64,000 nt of DNA, taken from Lama guanicoe. Taxonomy: Eukaryota. This document shows, piece by piece, positions 34,901 through 46,324 of the stretch (positions within the stretch are counted from its first letter, which is position 1; each line of letters starts with the position of its first letter). Both the position numbers and the translations under genes were made by a program. Under the pieces are notes generated by a model. It worked only from the letters and a program-made list of their open reading frames with translations. It had not been told where the DNA came from and made no database searches. Location: NCBI GenBank assembly GCA_013239625.1, contig MU057073.1, positions 1,101,426-1,165,425 on the forward strand. Reading direction: 5' to 3'.

Positions 34901-37900
34901 ATTCCGAGGTCGTGTGCAGCCTGGCAGGATGGAGCTGGGGGGCTCAGTTTTCCAGCCCCACCTTGGCTGCCCCAGGCCCTCCCACCTGCCAGGCTCCTCT
35001 CTGGGGGCGGAACCCCTAGCCCGAGGCCCCTCCCACCCACATCTGCTGGGTCCAGTGGGAAGACCTGGAGACCCTCTTCCCCAGCCCAATCCTCCCTAGC
35101 CTGCCGGCCAGGGCACTGCAGACATCCCATCCTGCAGGCCTGCAGTTCTGAGGCCCCATAGCTGACCCAGGGGGAGGGGCAAGGGGATGGGGGCCACAGC
35201 CTGGCCACCCAGCACTGCCCGGCACCCGTCCCCAAGGCCCTGCGCCAGGCGCCAGCCAGCTGGGCAGCTTGGGGCACACACAAGTTCATTGAGACCTCTT
35301 CCCCTCAATGGCCTCCCTGTCCTCTGCCAATGCCACACAGAATGGGGGAGGGGGCCAGGGGGCTAAAGGCCAGCCAGACAGGATGGCCTCAGTGGAAGGG
35401 GCCAATAGACAAGCAGCTTCATCGGGACCTGAAGCTCACCCAGACACGGCGTTCAGTCCACTGTCCCATTCTGGGTCAGGGCACAGAATCTGTGGACCTC
35501 GGCTTCCTCATCTGAGCAACAGGGCAACAGCAGATTCTCACCACCAGGGCGGGGCACACCACACCCTGCAGGCCCAGCACCACTCCGGGGGCTGAGCCCA
35601 GCAAAGGGGCAGGTGCAGAAGCAGAATGGAGCCCCTGTCCCTCAGCTGGCCCCAGGCGTCCCAAGTTCTCCTGCTGGGAACCTCTGTACGCAGGTGGCCC
35701 CAGACCTGTCCCCGACTACCAACCCCTTCCAATGAGTCTTCCAGGAGAATCAAGACTACAGCTTTATATTAAAGGACTCTCCAGAACACCGCAGGCCCCA
35801 ACCTCTGCTCCTGGGCTGGAGCACAACTGCTCTCTACCACACCTCCCCACCTATGACCGCATCCTAGCTTCCCCCTAGCCTGGCACCCCAAGACACAGTC
35901 TACACAAGTGCTCAAAGCACCCCCATCCTGGAGCTCTCGATGCTCCCACCATCTCTGTGGGTCTAATTCTAGCCCGGATCAAATGCCATCTCCTCCAGGA
36001 GGCCCTCCTCGATTCCCCTTCCCAGAGCCTTCCCTCCCAGGATCCATAGCACTTTGGTTAAGAGCACAAACTTTGGAGTGGGAGAAACCAGGGTGAGAGG
36101 CCTTGAGCAAGTCCCCCACACCCTTGTGTCTACTATTTCTGCCCTGCCACGCAGGGCGGTGGAGCTGAGGACGTAATTGCCCAGAGGCCTGCTGACTGGC
36201 TGATGGCACTGTCTCTCCTGGGGAAGGCCGGCTCTGCCCACTTCCTGCAGCACAATCCCGCCAGCCAGGTAGGCCGGAGGAATGCAGGGATAAACATCGG
36301 GCCCAGCCTGGCCACCCTGGATGCCCACCCTGAAGCTCCTGTCCAGGCCTCAGAAGCATCCAGGGAGGGGAGAGGTTCCACTCCCCACAGCACAAACCCT
36401 GCTGATAATCCAGCAGAGGGGACAGATGGCAGGTGGGTTGGGCCCCTGGCATACCTCGAGATCCAACACCCAGGCACACCATGGCCCGGCAGCCCCAGGC
36501 CGCCTGCTGGCCGGCTGTACTGGCCCAAGTGCCCTTGGAGCGCCAGGCACCCAGCCCCTGGGAACTACCTCACTCGTTGGCTGCCGTGAGTGTGCTCCCT
36601 TTACAGACCAAGGCTCAGAGACACTAAGACACTTGGCTCAGGCCACACAGCTTGGGTGCAGAGCTGGGGCTTAAAGTGTAGGGGCATGGACCAAAGAAAG
36701 GGGCCTCAGGGGTGAGACCGGGGGTCTGCGCTAAGCTACAGGCAGCCGCTGGGCGGGGCCAAGCCTAAAGGGCTCCCGACAACCCCTCAGGTTTCAGAGA
36801 GGCCACAGGTGTGGGGCTGGCAAGGGCTCCAGGAGGCAGAGCTGGGCTGTGGCCGTGCACCGAGGCTGTGGAGGACGGGGACGGGGAGCGTAGGCTCAGG
36901 CAGCTCAGAGGGAGCCGGCCCTGCAGACCACGACCCCGCGCAGGGCACGGGGCAGGGCCCGCACCGGGCATGCTCCACCCGGAAACAGGCAGTGGCCCAG
37001 GCCAGCATTCATCATGCAGGGTCAGACGTGAGTGCACACGGAGGTGTAATAACATCCACCCGAGGCTGGATGCAGCAGGCGCAGAGCAGCCTAGCGCGGG
37101 GCCGTGCAGGACTATAAACCTGCCAGCCCTAGGCACCCAGCTGAGCCCACTCACCCCTGCCCCAGCCCAGCCCCCACCGCCTGAAATGCCACCAAGGGAC
37201 AGGGACGGGACCAGATGAGGCCAGGGAACCCTCCCACAGAGCACCAGGAACCCTGACATCCACGTGGTCCCTCAACCACAAAACACAACACCAGCAGTGA
37301 AAGTGCCCTTTATCCGGAGGGAGCAATGACCCTGTTCCCAGATGGGGAAGCTGAGGGCCTACCAAGGAGTGACCACACCACAGGAGGTGGTGCCCCCTAC
37401 TCCCATCCTAACCAGGAGAGTCTCATCAGCCACGGTGTTCATCCAGCGGGAAGGGGGAAGCCACAGCTTGGGGATCAGGGGACCACCAGGGTGTGGCTCC
37501 CAGAGACACGGCCACCCAGGCTGGCTGCTACCAGCAACTTGACAGGGGACAGTCCAGCCTCAAATGCCACTCCCCACTGCACAGGCTCCCTGTTCTGATG
37601 AAGCAGATGAGCAGACGGAGGCCAGACACGCTGACGGGACATTCAGTCCATTTTCACTCTATTTAGTTATTCATACCTCACACCTCCTCACATAAAAACT
37701 GTGCGATGGCTTCCAGGAACGACACGGCATAAACTGAAAACAAAACCACATGGCTAGAGAAACCCACATTAGAACAAATAGAAGTGATCAGTTCCCAGAG
37801 ACATGCTAGAAAGAGCTCTTCTGGTCAGCAGAAGCTGAAAAGTACATGTGCCATGAGTTTCCTGGCAGGCAAAGGAAAAAGGAAACTAGACTTTCCTTGC

Positions 37901-40900
37901 TATTTAAGACAAGAACCAGTTCTTCTGACTCCCAAGTATAAGATTCCTTCAGGACACTCAAGCGAAACTTGAGAAGGCCCCAGACTCACTCCTTTAATCC
38001 ATCCTAAACCGAGACAAGCCCCCAGCAAGGCTCTGACCAGCCCAAGGTGCAGGGGTAACTGGAGCCTCCCTCCCTCCCTGAACCTCCACCTCTCAGCAGA
38101 GGGGCAACAAGACCAGTCACCACAACTCACACCCCTGCTCGGCCCCACCTCTGACCGCAGCTGGACTCCCCACAGGCAAACTCTGTCCTGCAAAGAGGCA
38201 GAGCTCCATACCCTAGACCCACAGCACCTGCATCCCAGCCAGCCCCCGGTGCCCCGCCCTCGCCCCCTGAAACCCCAGACCTGCAAGGACATAGAACAGG
38301 CACCAGGAGTCTGTGATTCCATCACAGGACCGAAGGAAATCCCCAGGGACAGCAGGGAACACCAGCTAGACCACCATCTATCTAGGGAGGGGGGAGCCAG
38401 GGGAGGGTGGAGAGGGGTCAGCCAAGGTCTCGCAGAGGCCAGGTGGTGAGGCTAGGCTGGGGGGGATTGCCTCCTCCCTCCCTCCCTCTGCCTGGGCTCC
38501 ATCCCACAGAGTAGCCTGGGAGCCTCAAGCCCCACAGATGGATCCCTTCCCAGCTGAGTCATCCAGTTCCCCGCCAGCTGGGAGAGTGCCCGGCAGACAG
38601 CCCCAGGGAGCACCCGCCCCACTCACACCTCCCTGGCTGCCTCTGGAGCCTGCCAACACCTGGCTCAGCTGAGGAACACTGCTGACGCCAGGTGCCCCGC
38701 CCTGTGGAGCCCTGAGGCAGACAGATATTGTGGCCCTGACCACCCCCCAGAAGCTGGTGGAGTTCAGGTCAGGCTCCAAACAGCATGGGGGGAGCAGGGG
38801 TCCAGGGAGTCTGACCCCAAGTGGCAAATGGGCTCAGCCCCTGCCCCAGCCAGGCCCACAGCCTGGTGGAGATGACAGATCCAGGACCCCACCATTGTAC
38901 ACCAGTGCAGTCAGAGCTGGGGGCTCTGGGGACAAAGGACCCCCACATCATGCAGGCTTCCTGGAGGCGAGACAGAGGAATGGACCACCACTGATAGGAT
39001 CCACACCCCCGAGTCAGGCCCCAGAGAGAGGCCAGAGGGTTCTCTAGAAGCCTGGTGACATCACCCCAAGCTGTGCACGGGAGGAGAGCCCTTGGCCTCC
39101 CCAGTAGCCTTCAGACTTGTTGCCCAGCTTGGTGAAAAATGTGAACCGATGCTGGGGTTGCATGGGTGGGCAGGGGCCATGAGCAGTGGTTCTGGAATTT
39201 GCAGGGTTGGGGAGGACAAAACCCCCTGCCTGAGTGAGCCCGAGATTCACAAGAGAGAAATAGATCTGAAACTTTGCCCCATCAGAGTGCTAATCAGTTC
39301 AATGCCAGGATCGACACGTCAAAGTCACAGTCCCGGAGAAGTCACCACCTATTCATGATACATCTGGGCAGCAGCTGGGGCGAACCCCCAAGCAGCATCC
39401 CCACCCCACTGCTGCTAGGAGCCTGGGGATTGCCATCCTCCCGAGGGGCGTCCCGAGGAGGTTGAGGTGGGGAGGAGAGAGCCAGAATCCAGCCCAGCAG
39501 CCCCCAGGGTGAACACAGCAGGCTGTGGGAGGAAAAGCCTAGTCATTCAGTCATTCAACAAACATTTCAGGGGCACCCAGACCTCGTGGTGCCCTGACAG
39601 AGCTCCTAGCCTGGGGGTGGCACACTGAACACAGAGACCACCCAATGACCAAGGGGTGTGGGAAGAGCTGAGAAAAGGTGGGGTCAGGTGGCAGCAGAGG
39701 TGGCCTCCCTGAGAAGGTGGAGATGTGGGGGAGGGGAAGCTCTCTGCACACAGAGGGGCCCCAGAGCTCTGCGCCCTGAAGTCAAAGTGGGGTCGGTCAC
39801 CATGATCCAGACACCACAGCTGGAGCCTCGGGCAGCTCAGGCTGTGTGGTTCTGCCAATGAGCCTGGGAGGGATGAGGGCTGGGGGTCTGCAAAAAGGGT
39901 GCTGCAGTGAACAACCATGGGATGAAGAGGACCCTTGTGCCCAGGGGCTGCACCTTTCAGGGGGCCTCGGTTTGGCAGGGCCAAGCTGGGACAGCAGGAC
40001 CCAGAACCATCCAGAGACCCTCCTGATGGAGCCAAGGTCCGATGAGTCCCCTCTGGCTGCCCGAAGAGTGGGCAGCGGTGGGTGGGCAAGCACTGGGAGC
40101 GGGGCAGGGTTGTGGACAATGAAAGGGGTCTGCAGGGACCCAGTGACCAGCATGCCTGAGGGGTCTGGGGCCTCAGGTTCTGAGTCAGGGGACAAGAGGG
40201 GCAGAGTGGTCAGTGGTGGCAGAAGAGGAAGGCCTGGCTTTGGCCTCAGGTGGGAGGCGCTGGGAGCCCCAGGCAGAGACTTCTCAGAGGCAGGGGCACA
40301 GGGAGAGCAGAGAAAGGATTTGGCAGGATTGCAGGGGTGGGAGTGAGGGGGTGGGGCGGAGCAAGGCATCTGCAGCAGGCCCGAGGGGAGTGACCCAAGG
40401 AGGCCGCAGGAGGACATCTGGGGAGGGTAGCTCCAGGCCACGCAGGGGTCCAGAAGGGGTTCCCAGAAGATGAGGCCAGGGCCCCTGGTGAGAACAGAGA
40501 GTGGCTCAGCGGGGGACCAGAGGCCCAGCCTGGTAGCCCCTCCACACCCAGGCCCAGCACCCTTCGCGGTTCAGGCAGGACAGTCTCCTGGCAACAACCC
40601 AGCGGCAGAGCACGGCCCCTCCCCCACACCCCCGGGCACTGGAAATCAAAGATGGGGGAGGGCACAGTCCTAATCCCTGGGTGGGAACCACGCTCACCCC
40701 CACTGCCCAGACAGGGACACCGAGGCAGCTGCAGCGAGAAGGTACCAAAGGCAGCCGGGAAGAGGCGGGCCTCCCGCCCAGGCCACCAGATGGCTGAGCA
40801 GGCCTCCGACCGCCTGGGCACAGCATGACCCCCGAGACCACGCCCCAGCAAAAGCAACACGGCCTGAGGTGTACAGGCCGGCCTGCGCCACTGCCAGCCC

Positions 40901-43900
40901 CACACACCTGTGGAAGGGGTACAAAGTGGTCCCCAGTACAGAAAGGGAAACTGAGGCCACAAGTTTTCATAAGCCAGCACGGAGTCCCGCAGCCGGAGCT
41001 GTCTGCCCCGGGGGGACGGCAGGCATCAGGCGCCGGCAGAGTGCCTGGGGCTGGCTGAAGACCGCTGTCCTCCACCCTCTCAAGCCTCCCTCTACACCTG
41101 AGACCAGGAAGAGACCCGGGAGGCAGAGGCCCCTAGGCCATCCTCACCTTGAGCCGTGGAGCCCAGCGGGCCACCTCCCTTCCCAGCCTCCCCAGATGCC
41201 ACAAGCAGGAGACCAAGTGAGGTGACAGCAGCAAAGTTCTCTGTAAACTGTGGGGTGCTGACCCCACGAAGCTCATCTCCTCATGGTAAGAAACAAGCAA
41301 GGGCCCCCGGGGAAAACTCTAGAACACAGACTCTACACTCCAGTGGCCTGTCAGCCTCAGAGCAGAGCCCAGTGCCCCTGGACCATGGGCCAGACTGCCG
41401 GGAGCACCCACTGGGGCTCACCCAGAGCCGGTCACACACGGGGGCCTCCTGGCTGCCTCAGCGAGCTCTCCCTCCCAAAGCAGAAGCAGCTGTGTGTGCA
41501 CATCCTGGGTACCACCTCCCCAGCCTTCCTTGATAGGATCTATGGGGCAGGCCGGCAGGTGAGGCTGTAGGCTGTGTGCCAATCAGCCAGGATGCTGGCG
41601 AAAGCCTGGGTATCATAGAACAATGAGGCCCATCAAGGTCCCAGGATTGCAGGCCCAACCACTGATGATGTCCCATGGCCCAGATGGCTCAGCCCAAGGG
41701 CCTGAAGCCCCCTGGGCCCATTTCCATTCTCTGGAGAAACAGTGGATGAAGGGGCCTTCCCTCCCTCCCTCAGGCACAGCACCCTACAGGTTGGACAGCG
41801 CCCCCTAGAGGCTACCCCCAACTGACAAAGGAGGAAACAGAGCCGGGGAGAGGGCCAAAGCAAGGAACAAGGCATGAGACCCTCGTCTGCTGGGTGAGCA
41901 GGCCACTGCGTGACAGGGATGGCTGGGCAGGGGGTGAGCCTTCACCTGGCACTGAGGGGTACCCAGTGTCAAACGTCAAATTCCGGGGAGGCCAGGAGAG
42001 GTGGGTGGTGAGCACCGCAGGTGGTCCCGGGGCTTCCCTGATGAGCTGTCTGCAGGCAGAGACCATTGAGGCCTCCCAGATGAGGGCCCCCGAATCCACC
42101 AGCGACTGGTGTGACCTGCAGCTCTCTCCACCCAGCTCCCCTGTCCACCTGGTGGCCAGCCGGCCACATGTCCAGCACCACCAGGCAAAGCCCAGCTCAG
42201 TCACTAAAGCCCTCCTCTCTGGCCTCACTTTCCCCCAGTGGGGTAGCAAAAGCTCTGAACCAAAACACCCTTTTCTGGGGCCCTCCTGGTGCCTTTTCAA
42301 CCAGATTCAAGCCATCTGCGGCACAGAGCTAGGCAAAGCTGCCCCCTGCTCAGAGAGCAGATGTGGGAGGGTCCAGCCCCACCCCAGGACAGGCCACAGG
42401 TCCTCTCCCCTGAACGCAGAGAGGAGGTGCCCAGAACACAAACTGGACTCACATGACCTCCCCACACCCCGCCCTGCCAGACACAGGGAACACCGTGGGA
42501 CCCCAGGAGGCCAGGGTCTGGCCCAGACCGCATGGCCTCCTTGGAGAACTATATTTAGATTCAATGGGGATTATTCGGACTTCCCAGGAATGCTTTCAGA
42601 AAGACTGAAGGTCAGGCGGGAAGGGCTTCCTCTGGAGACCCCCACCTTCCCAGGCTTTGCAAACTTCCAGGGAGCATTGTTCCCGGAACAATGGTCCCAG
42701 CTCCTCCCAAGCCCAGGGCAAGCCCACTGGCTGGAGAGTTCAGCAGAGCCCCCTCCCCAGGCAAACACCTTGCTGCTGGTGCTTAGAGCCTGGGGAACCC
42801 AGAGGCCCAGTCACTCAGTTCCCAGATGGGCAGCCACTGCCAGAATGGCAAAGCTCCAAGCTGTATCCCACACACAACTCTCATCTGTGAAGCAGGAGGT
42901 GGAGGGAAGGGGCTCCCCTCACAGTAGCTGGCCCACCCGCTGGCCTTTCCAGCCCTCCTGCCCCAGGTGTGCAGTCTCCAGACACTTGGCTGGGGACCCA
43001 GGTGCCCCAAGGGCGACATCGCACCAGGTAACCTCTTGCTGCTGGCAAAGCAGGAGCGGTCCCTCCCAGGGCGGGGTCCCTGCCCCCTCCCTCTCCCTTC
43101 CCTCCCAAAGCAGACAGTGGTTCCAGCTGTAGGACATCTGCAGCAGAAACACCCGCCCAACCCTGCTCCAATCAGACCTTGGGACCCTCTTAGGGTAAAA
43201 TGCCCCGATTCACACAAGGTGTCGCAAATGGGGAAACCGAGGCCCAGAGAAGGGAAGGGATTGGCCAGAAATCCTTGGAACCTCGCCTCCTTCCAGATCC
43301 CAAGGTCTCCTAAGTTCCAGCATGGGCCTCTGTCCCACGGCTGCCTGAGGAAGGGTCACTTACCCGGAGGGATGTCCCGGGCCCGCTGACCAGCTTCCAC
43401 GCTTGTCGCTTGAGCTCGGCGAGCTTCGTGTGGCAGTGGCGGCACCAGCCGCCTCCACCGGCCGAATGGCCCTGCTCTGCGCCTGCCCCGGCGCCCTCGG
43501 GCGCAGGGCGGCTGCCGCAGGGGTCCTGTTCTGGCCCGGCGGTCAGCCTCTTGCGGGGTGACCCCTCCAGCAGCCGCAGCGGCTCGCGGGCCGGGCCGCC
43601 CTCGGCTACCTGCGGGGGGTGGGGCGGAAAGGGACCGTGAGCCTGAGCCACTGGGCGGCGCCACCCAGGGACCCAGCACCGGTGCCTCCAGACCTCAGAG
43701 CGACCCAGCACCAGAGTGACGCAATCGACAAAGTTAAGAGCGCTGGGCGCGAACCAGCCGCCCACCTTCTTCTTCCATCCCAGGTCTCGATTAGGTCCCC
43801 TACCCCAGCAGGAGGCTCGGCGCCACCCGCGCTCCGCTACAGGACGGGCCCCCAGGGCTCTGTGCATCCTCTGTGTCCCGGGCTCTGTCCCGGGCGGCCC

Positions 43901-43989
43901 GGCGGCTCCCAGCCGCCCGCCTCCCTCTCGGGCCCGGCCGCGCGTACCGCGGGTTGCGCCGCGCACAGGGTAGCGCCACGGCTGCCCAT
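4743..43989 (-). CDS. KIF26A: Kinesin-like protein KIF26A (kinesin-11 family), full multi-exon CDS span
   Basis: Exon translations match recalled KIF26A ([91 protein letters not shown]). All introns are GT-AG with consistent phases. Total is 5541 nt (1846 aa) after removing the 209-nt duplication in exon 12, or 1853 aa with the microexon. Confidence 0.98.
5130..5280 (-). CDS. KIF26A: KIF26A exon 14 ([16 protein letters not shown]...GRWLEQ), coiled coil
   Basis: Acceptor CAG|GGC, donor T|GTGAGT, 151 nt. Confidence 0.95.
5606..5626 (-). CDS. KIF26A: KIF26A candidate 21-nt cassette microexon (PSQDPEK)
   Basis: Branch-like CTGAC, pyrimidine tract, CACAG acceptor, donor AAG|GTAGGA; phase 0/0 and frame-preserving. 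Confidence 0.72.
5750..5949 (-). CDS. KIF26A: KIF26A exon 13 (GLQRRRLIP...REDPAE)
   Basis: Acceptor CAG|GT, donor GAG|GTCAGG, 200 nt; contains [18 protein letters not shown]. Confidence 0.94.
6821..9835 (-). CDS. KIF26A: KIF26A exon 12 (large low-complexity exon); contains a 209-nt frameshifting tandem duplication as assembled
   Basis: Acceptor CAG|TGC, donor G|GTGGGT. The ORF 7142..10000 matches KIF26A, and the frame continues in ORF 6762..7145. 3015-209=2806 nt restores the phase-1 end that exon 13 needs. Confidence 0.93.
6962..7378. repeat. Tandem duplication of 208 bp (6962-7169 / 7171-7378) inside exon 12
   Basis: The only difference I found is 6984 g versus 7193 c; a single extra A sits at 7170. 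Confidence 0.95.
10517..10679 (-). CDS. KIF26A: KIF26A exon 11 ([12 protein letters not shown]...RLRRKKVK), end of motor domain
   Basis: Acceptor CAG|G, donor AAG|GTTAGT, 163 nt. Confidence 0.95.
11001..11163 (-). CDS. KIF26A: KIF26A exon 10 ([17 protein letters not shown]...KHVPYR)
   Basis: Acceptor CAG|TG, donor CAG|GTGAGT, 163 nt; switch II DLGSCE and HVPYR. Confidence 0.96.
11275..11458 (-). CDS. KIF26A: KIF26A exon 9 (LQNQSELR...EKCGKGG)
   Basis: Acceptor CAG|CTC, donor A|GTAGGT, 184 nt; switch I region. Confidence 0.95.
11597..11859 (-). CDS. KIF26A: KIF26A exon 8 ([10 protein letters not shown]...DPVCGAQ)
   Basis: Acceptor CAG|GC, donor CAG|GTACGC, 263 nt. Confidence 0.96.
12146..12239 (-). 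CDS. KIF26A: KIF26A exon 7 ([31 protein letters not shown])
   Basis: Acceptor TAG|GCC, donor G|GTAAGT, 94 nt; first half of the P-loop. Not in the ORF track, translated by hand. Confidence 0.95.
12687..13191. repeat. Tandem duplication (12687-12928 / 12930-13191) covering the 3' part of exon 6 and the start of intron 6
   Basis: Near-identical copies that differ by a 21-nt and a 1-nt indel; a single extra A sits at 12929. Confidence 0.93.
13119..13331 (-). CDS. KIF26A: KIF26A exon 6, start of motor domain (VKVMLRIW...FPQDSEQ)
   Basis: Acceptor CAG|GTG, donor CAG|GTGAGG, 213 nt. Confidence 0.96.
14714..14770 (-). CDS. KIF26A: Candidate internal alternative first coding exon of KIF26A ([19 protein letters not shown])
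   Basis: ATG at 14770 (GGCGCTATG), 19 codons, donor CTG|GTAACT in phase 0 matching exon 6; lies in a compositionally distinct CpG-containing block in intron 5. Confidence 0.5.
17236..17425 (-). CDS. KIF26A: KIF26A exon 5 (AAQKLSLAS...SSSTGK)
   Basis: Acceptor CAG|G, donor AAG|GTAGGC, 190 nt; contains [15 protein letters not shown]. Confidence 0.95.
17720..17880 (+). mobile_element. MIR SINE fragment
   Basis: gctgtgtgacc...gtgacttagtctctctgtgcctcggtttcctcatctctaa, the MIR core. Confidence 0.7.
23494..23684 (-). CDS. KIF26A: KIF26A exon 4 ([10 protein letters not shown]...ASFFLR)
   Basis: Acceptor CAG|GCT, donor CAG|GTACGT, 191 nt, ends in phase 2. Confidence 0.95.
30298..30750 (-). CDS. KIF26A: KIF26A exon 3 (DPCLSALL...FLPPSCL)
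   Basis: Acceptor CAG|GAT, donor CTG|GTGAGT, 453 nt; contains RCDVCATHL. Confidence 0.96.
39543..39800 (-). mobile_element. L2 LINE 3' fragment
   Basis: cattcagtcattcaacaaacattt is the typical reverse complement of an L2 3' tail. Confidence 0.5.
41796..41814 (-). promoter_or_regulatory. CTCF motif
   Basis: Minus strand TAGCCTCTAGGGGGCGCTG. Confidence 0.6.
43364..43609 (-). CDS. KIF26A: KIF26A exon 2 (VAEGGPARE...SGPGTSLR)
   Basis: Acceptor CAG|GTA, donor CGG|GTAAGT, 246 nt; contains the WCRHC motif. Confidence 0.96.
43948..43989 (-). CDS. KIF26A: KIF26A coding exon 1 ([14 protein letters not shown])
   Basis: ATG at 43989, 42 nt, donor GCG|GTACGC, phase 0, inside a CpG island; resembles the recalled human N-terminus MVGRGVPLCAAQPA. 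Confidence 0.92.
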
Positions 43990-44215
43990 GGCCAGGACGT
44001 GGGAAGGACTTGGCGGTCGCTTCGGGGCCACTCGGGCTCTCCGGGGCGCCGTGGCTACGTGATCCTGTCCGGGGACGCCCCCATGACCCGGCCGGCCACT
44101 CCGAAGTTCGCGGCCCGGACGAGCGGCAGAGACCGCGCGGCGGTGGCGGCGGCGGCGGCGGCGGTCGGTCGGTCGCGCTGGGAGGCGAGGGCGGGGCCGG
44201 GGCGGGGCCGGGGAC

Positions 44216-44228
44216 NNNNNNNNNNNNN
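44216..44228. other. Assembly gap (13 N) in the KIF26A GC-box promoter
   Basis: N run. Confidence 1.
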
Positions 44229-45072
44229 ACTCCGGGGGCGGGGCGGGGGCGGGGCTCCGGAGGGCTGTCGGGACCCGCCCAAGCCCTCGCTCAGCAGTGC
44301 TTGGGGGAGGGTGTCCTGCTTTTCCCCGTGGCTCCACCCACTCCGAGGCCCCCAACCTGTTAGGCGAGTCCCAGCGCAAGAGAGGAGCGCTGGGGGCCAC
44401 GGTGAGAGAACCGGTACACGCGCGCGCATGCGCTTTCCTGCTCCGCTCCTGGGACTCTGGGACCTCCCGGGACATACCAACCCACTCCTCACTTTACAGG
44501 AGAGAAAACTAAGACCGCAGAGTGGAAGGTCTTTCCCAAGGTCACACAACAAAGTGGAAGGAAGAAGGGGCTGAACCCCAGCCCCTAGACTCCCAGTCGC
44601 TTTTTCCTGCAAATCCAGCGCACTCTGCGTGTCGCTGGCCACCTTTTGGGTCTGTCCCGCGCGGGTGAGTGTCGCCATGGTCTGCGCCTCGGAACGTGCG
44701 GTGCCTGCTCCAGTGTTTCTGTGTCTAAGCGTGTCTGCAAACGGCACGCGTGTCTCTGTAGCCGCGCGTGTGCATGATGTTGGGTGTGCGCGCTGTGCGC
44801 GGGGGAAGCGGAAGGAGGTGGCCCTGAGGGTGTGCGGGGGACCTGTTGTCAGCCAACCTGGCAGATGGGAACTTAGCTTCGGAATTAATTGCCTGTTTGT
44901 CTCAGGCTGGGAGGTCGCCTCCCTTCTCCGGCGACCAGTTGCTCCCGCTCCAGTCCAACTCTTAAGAGTTGCCGTTATCCAAGGCGGCAGGCGGCTCCCG
45001 GTCCCAGCTCTGGGTCAGCCTGAAACCCGAGGTTGGGCTCAGCGGGCGCGGCCGCCCGGCTTCTCGTGACGC

Positions 45073-45091
45073 GAGCGCCCCCTTCTGGCTG
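45073..45091 (-). promoter_or_regulatory. CTCF-like motif
   Basis: Minus strand CAGCCAGAAGGGGGCGCTC. Confidence 0.45.
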
Positions 45092-46186
45092 TCGCTCACC
45101 CGCGGCCGCGAGGCTCTGGAGAGACCCGGCACCGCCGTCCGGGGCGAACAGGCGCGCCCGAGAGACTTAGGAGGAGCGAAGCCAGAGCAGAGGCGGCTGG
45201 CGGGCGCAGTCCAGGCGGAGACCCGGGCCAGCGGATCCTCGGCCGCAGTGAGACCCTCACCCAGATTCGAGCAGCTCCCCGCCGCTCCTGAGCCCCTCAA
45301 AGCGATCCCTTCTTTATGTTTTGCCCACCCTCCCTTTCACTAGGAAGGTCCTCTCCACACACGCAGCACCTCTCCAAAAAGAGAGGACTGGGGGTGATCC
45401 TCCCGTCTTGGCTTTCCGAGTCGTTTATGGCATGCAGCGTGCGTCGGGGTAGCAAAAAGTGGGCAGAGGCTCCCCCCACTCTCACTCCACGATCCCACAT
45501 CTTCCAGACCCTTTCCACCCGGCCCGGGGGCCGGAAGCTCTTCGCCTTTCCTACCTCACCTCAGCTTCCTAAAGGAAAACGGGCGTCAGCCCCCATCTGG
45601 ATCTCAGTACCGCGGGACACCACAGCCCCCGCCTTTCAACTGCTCTGGGACTCACCCACACAATTTCCCACTTGCACCCCTAGAAACACATTGGCGCCAG
45701 GAGCCGGGGTCCTATGCCCCGGGCCGGCCACACCCGCAACTTCGTTGGTCCGCACCGCTGAGACACTATAGGAAGCACACGCTCACACCCGACACCCCAA
45801 TTCCTGGAGGCGGCCGGGACACAGCCCTGCAGAACCTAGAGGTGCAGGCGGGACTCGAACACCTCAGGACTCAGGATCAGCCAGGAGGCCCCAGACCCCC
45901 TGCCTCGCCCACCCCGGGAAGACGCGCGGTGGGACTCAGAGTCCCGGCGCTGCACTGTCCGCCCTAGCTGACGGTCCCCCGCTCAGGATGCAGCATTGAG
46001 GGGATAGCGAGATGGGGCAGCACTAACGGGGAAGTGCGGCAGCGAGTCCCCGACCCGGCCTGCGGGACGCGGCTCCGGACCTGCTGCCTCTTTTCCCGGC
46101 GCCGCACCCAGAGACGCAGGAGCCGCGCGGCAAAGTCGTGGGACAGCGCCTCTGTCGCCAGCCGGGTCTCGCCGCCCGGCCCTCAC

Positions 46187-46324
46187 CTTGGCTCGCCGCC
46201 GCAGGAGGTGGCTAGTGAAGCCCAGGATGATCTCCGAGTCCAAGCAGAGCGCCCCCATCTCCAGCAGGCTGGGCGCCTTGCGGGGCGCGCCGCGGGGCGG
46301 CTCGGGCGGCCCGGGCAGAGCCAT
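46187..46324 (-). CDS. KIF26A: Candidate upstream alternative first coding exon of KIF26A (MALPGPPEPPRGAPRKAPSLLEMGALCLDSEIILGFTSHLLRRRAK)
   Basis: ATG at 46324, 46 codons, strong donor AAG|GTGAGG in phase 0 matching exon 2; non-low-complexity peptide inside a CpG island. Confidence 0.65.

Larger units (their letters stand above)
43400..44500. promoter_or_regulatory. CpG island / proximal KIF26A promoter with tandem GC boxes
   Basis: Dense CpG and repeated GGGGCGGGG at 44190-44255 around a 13-N gap, upstream of exon 1. Confidence 0.85.

Noticed and set aside
41894-43132. 412-aa + strand ORF in intron 2
   Set aside because: Non-ATG start, Pro/Ser/Gly-rich with no recognisable domain; long ORFs are expected in DNA this GC-rich.
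4743-43989. KIF26A as a pseudogene
   Set aside because: The only lesion is the artefact-like duplication; all other exons, splice sites and phases are intact.
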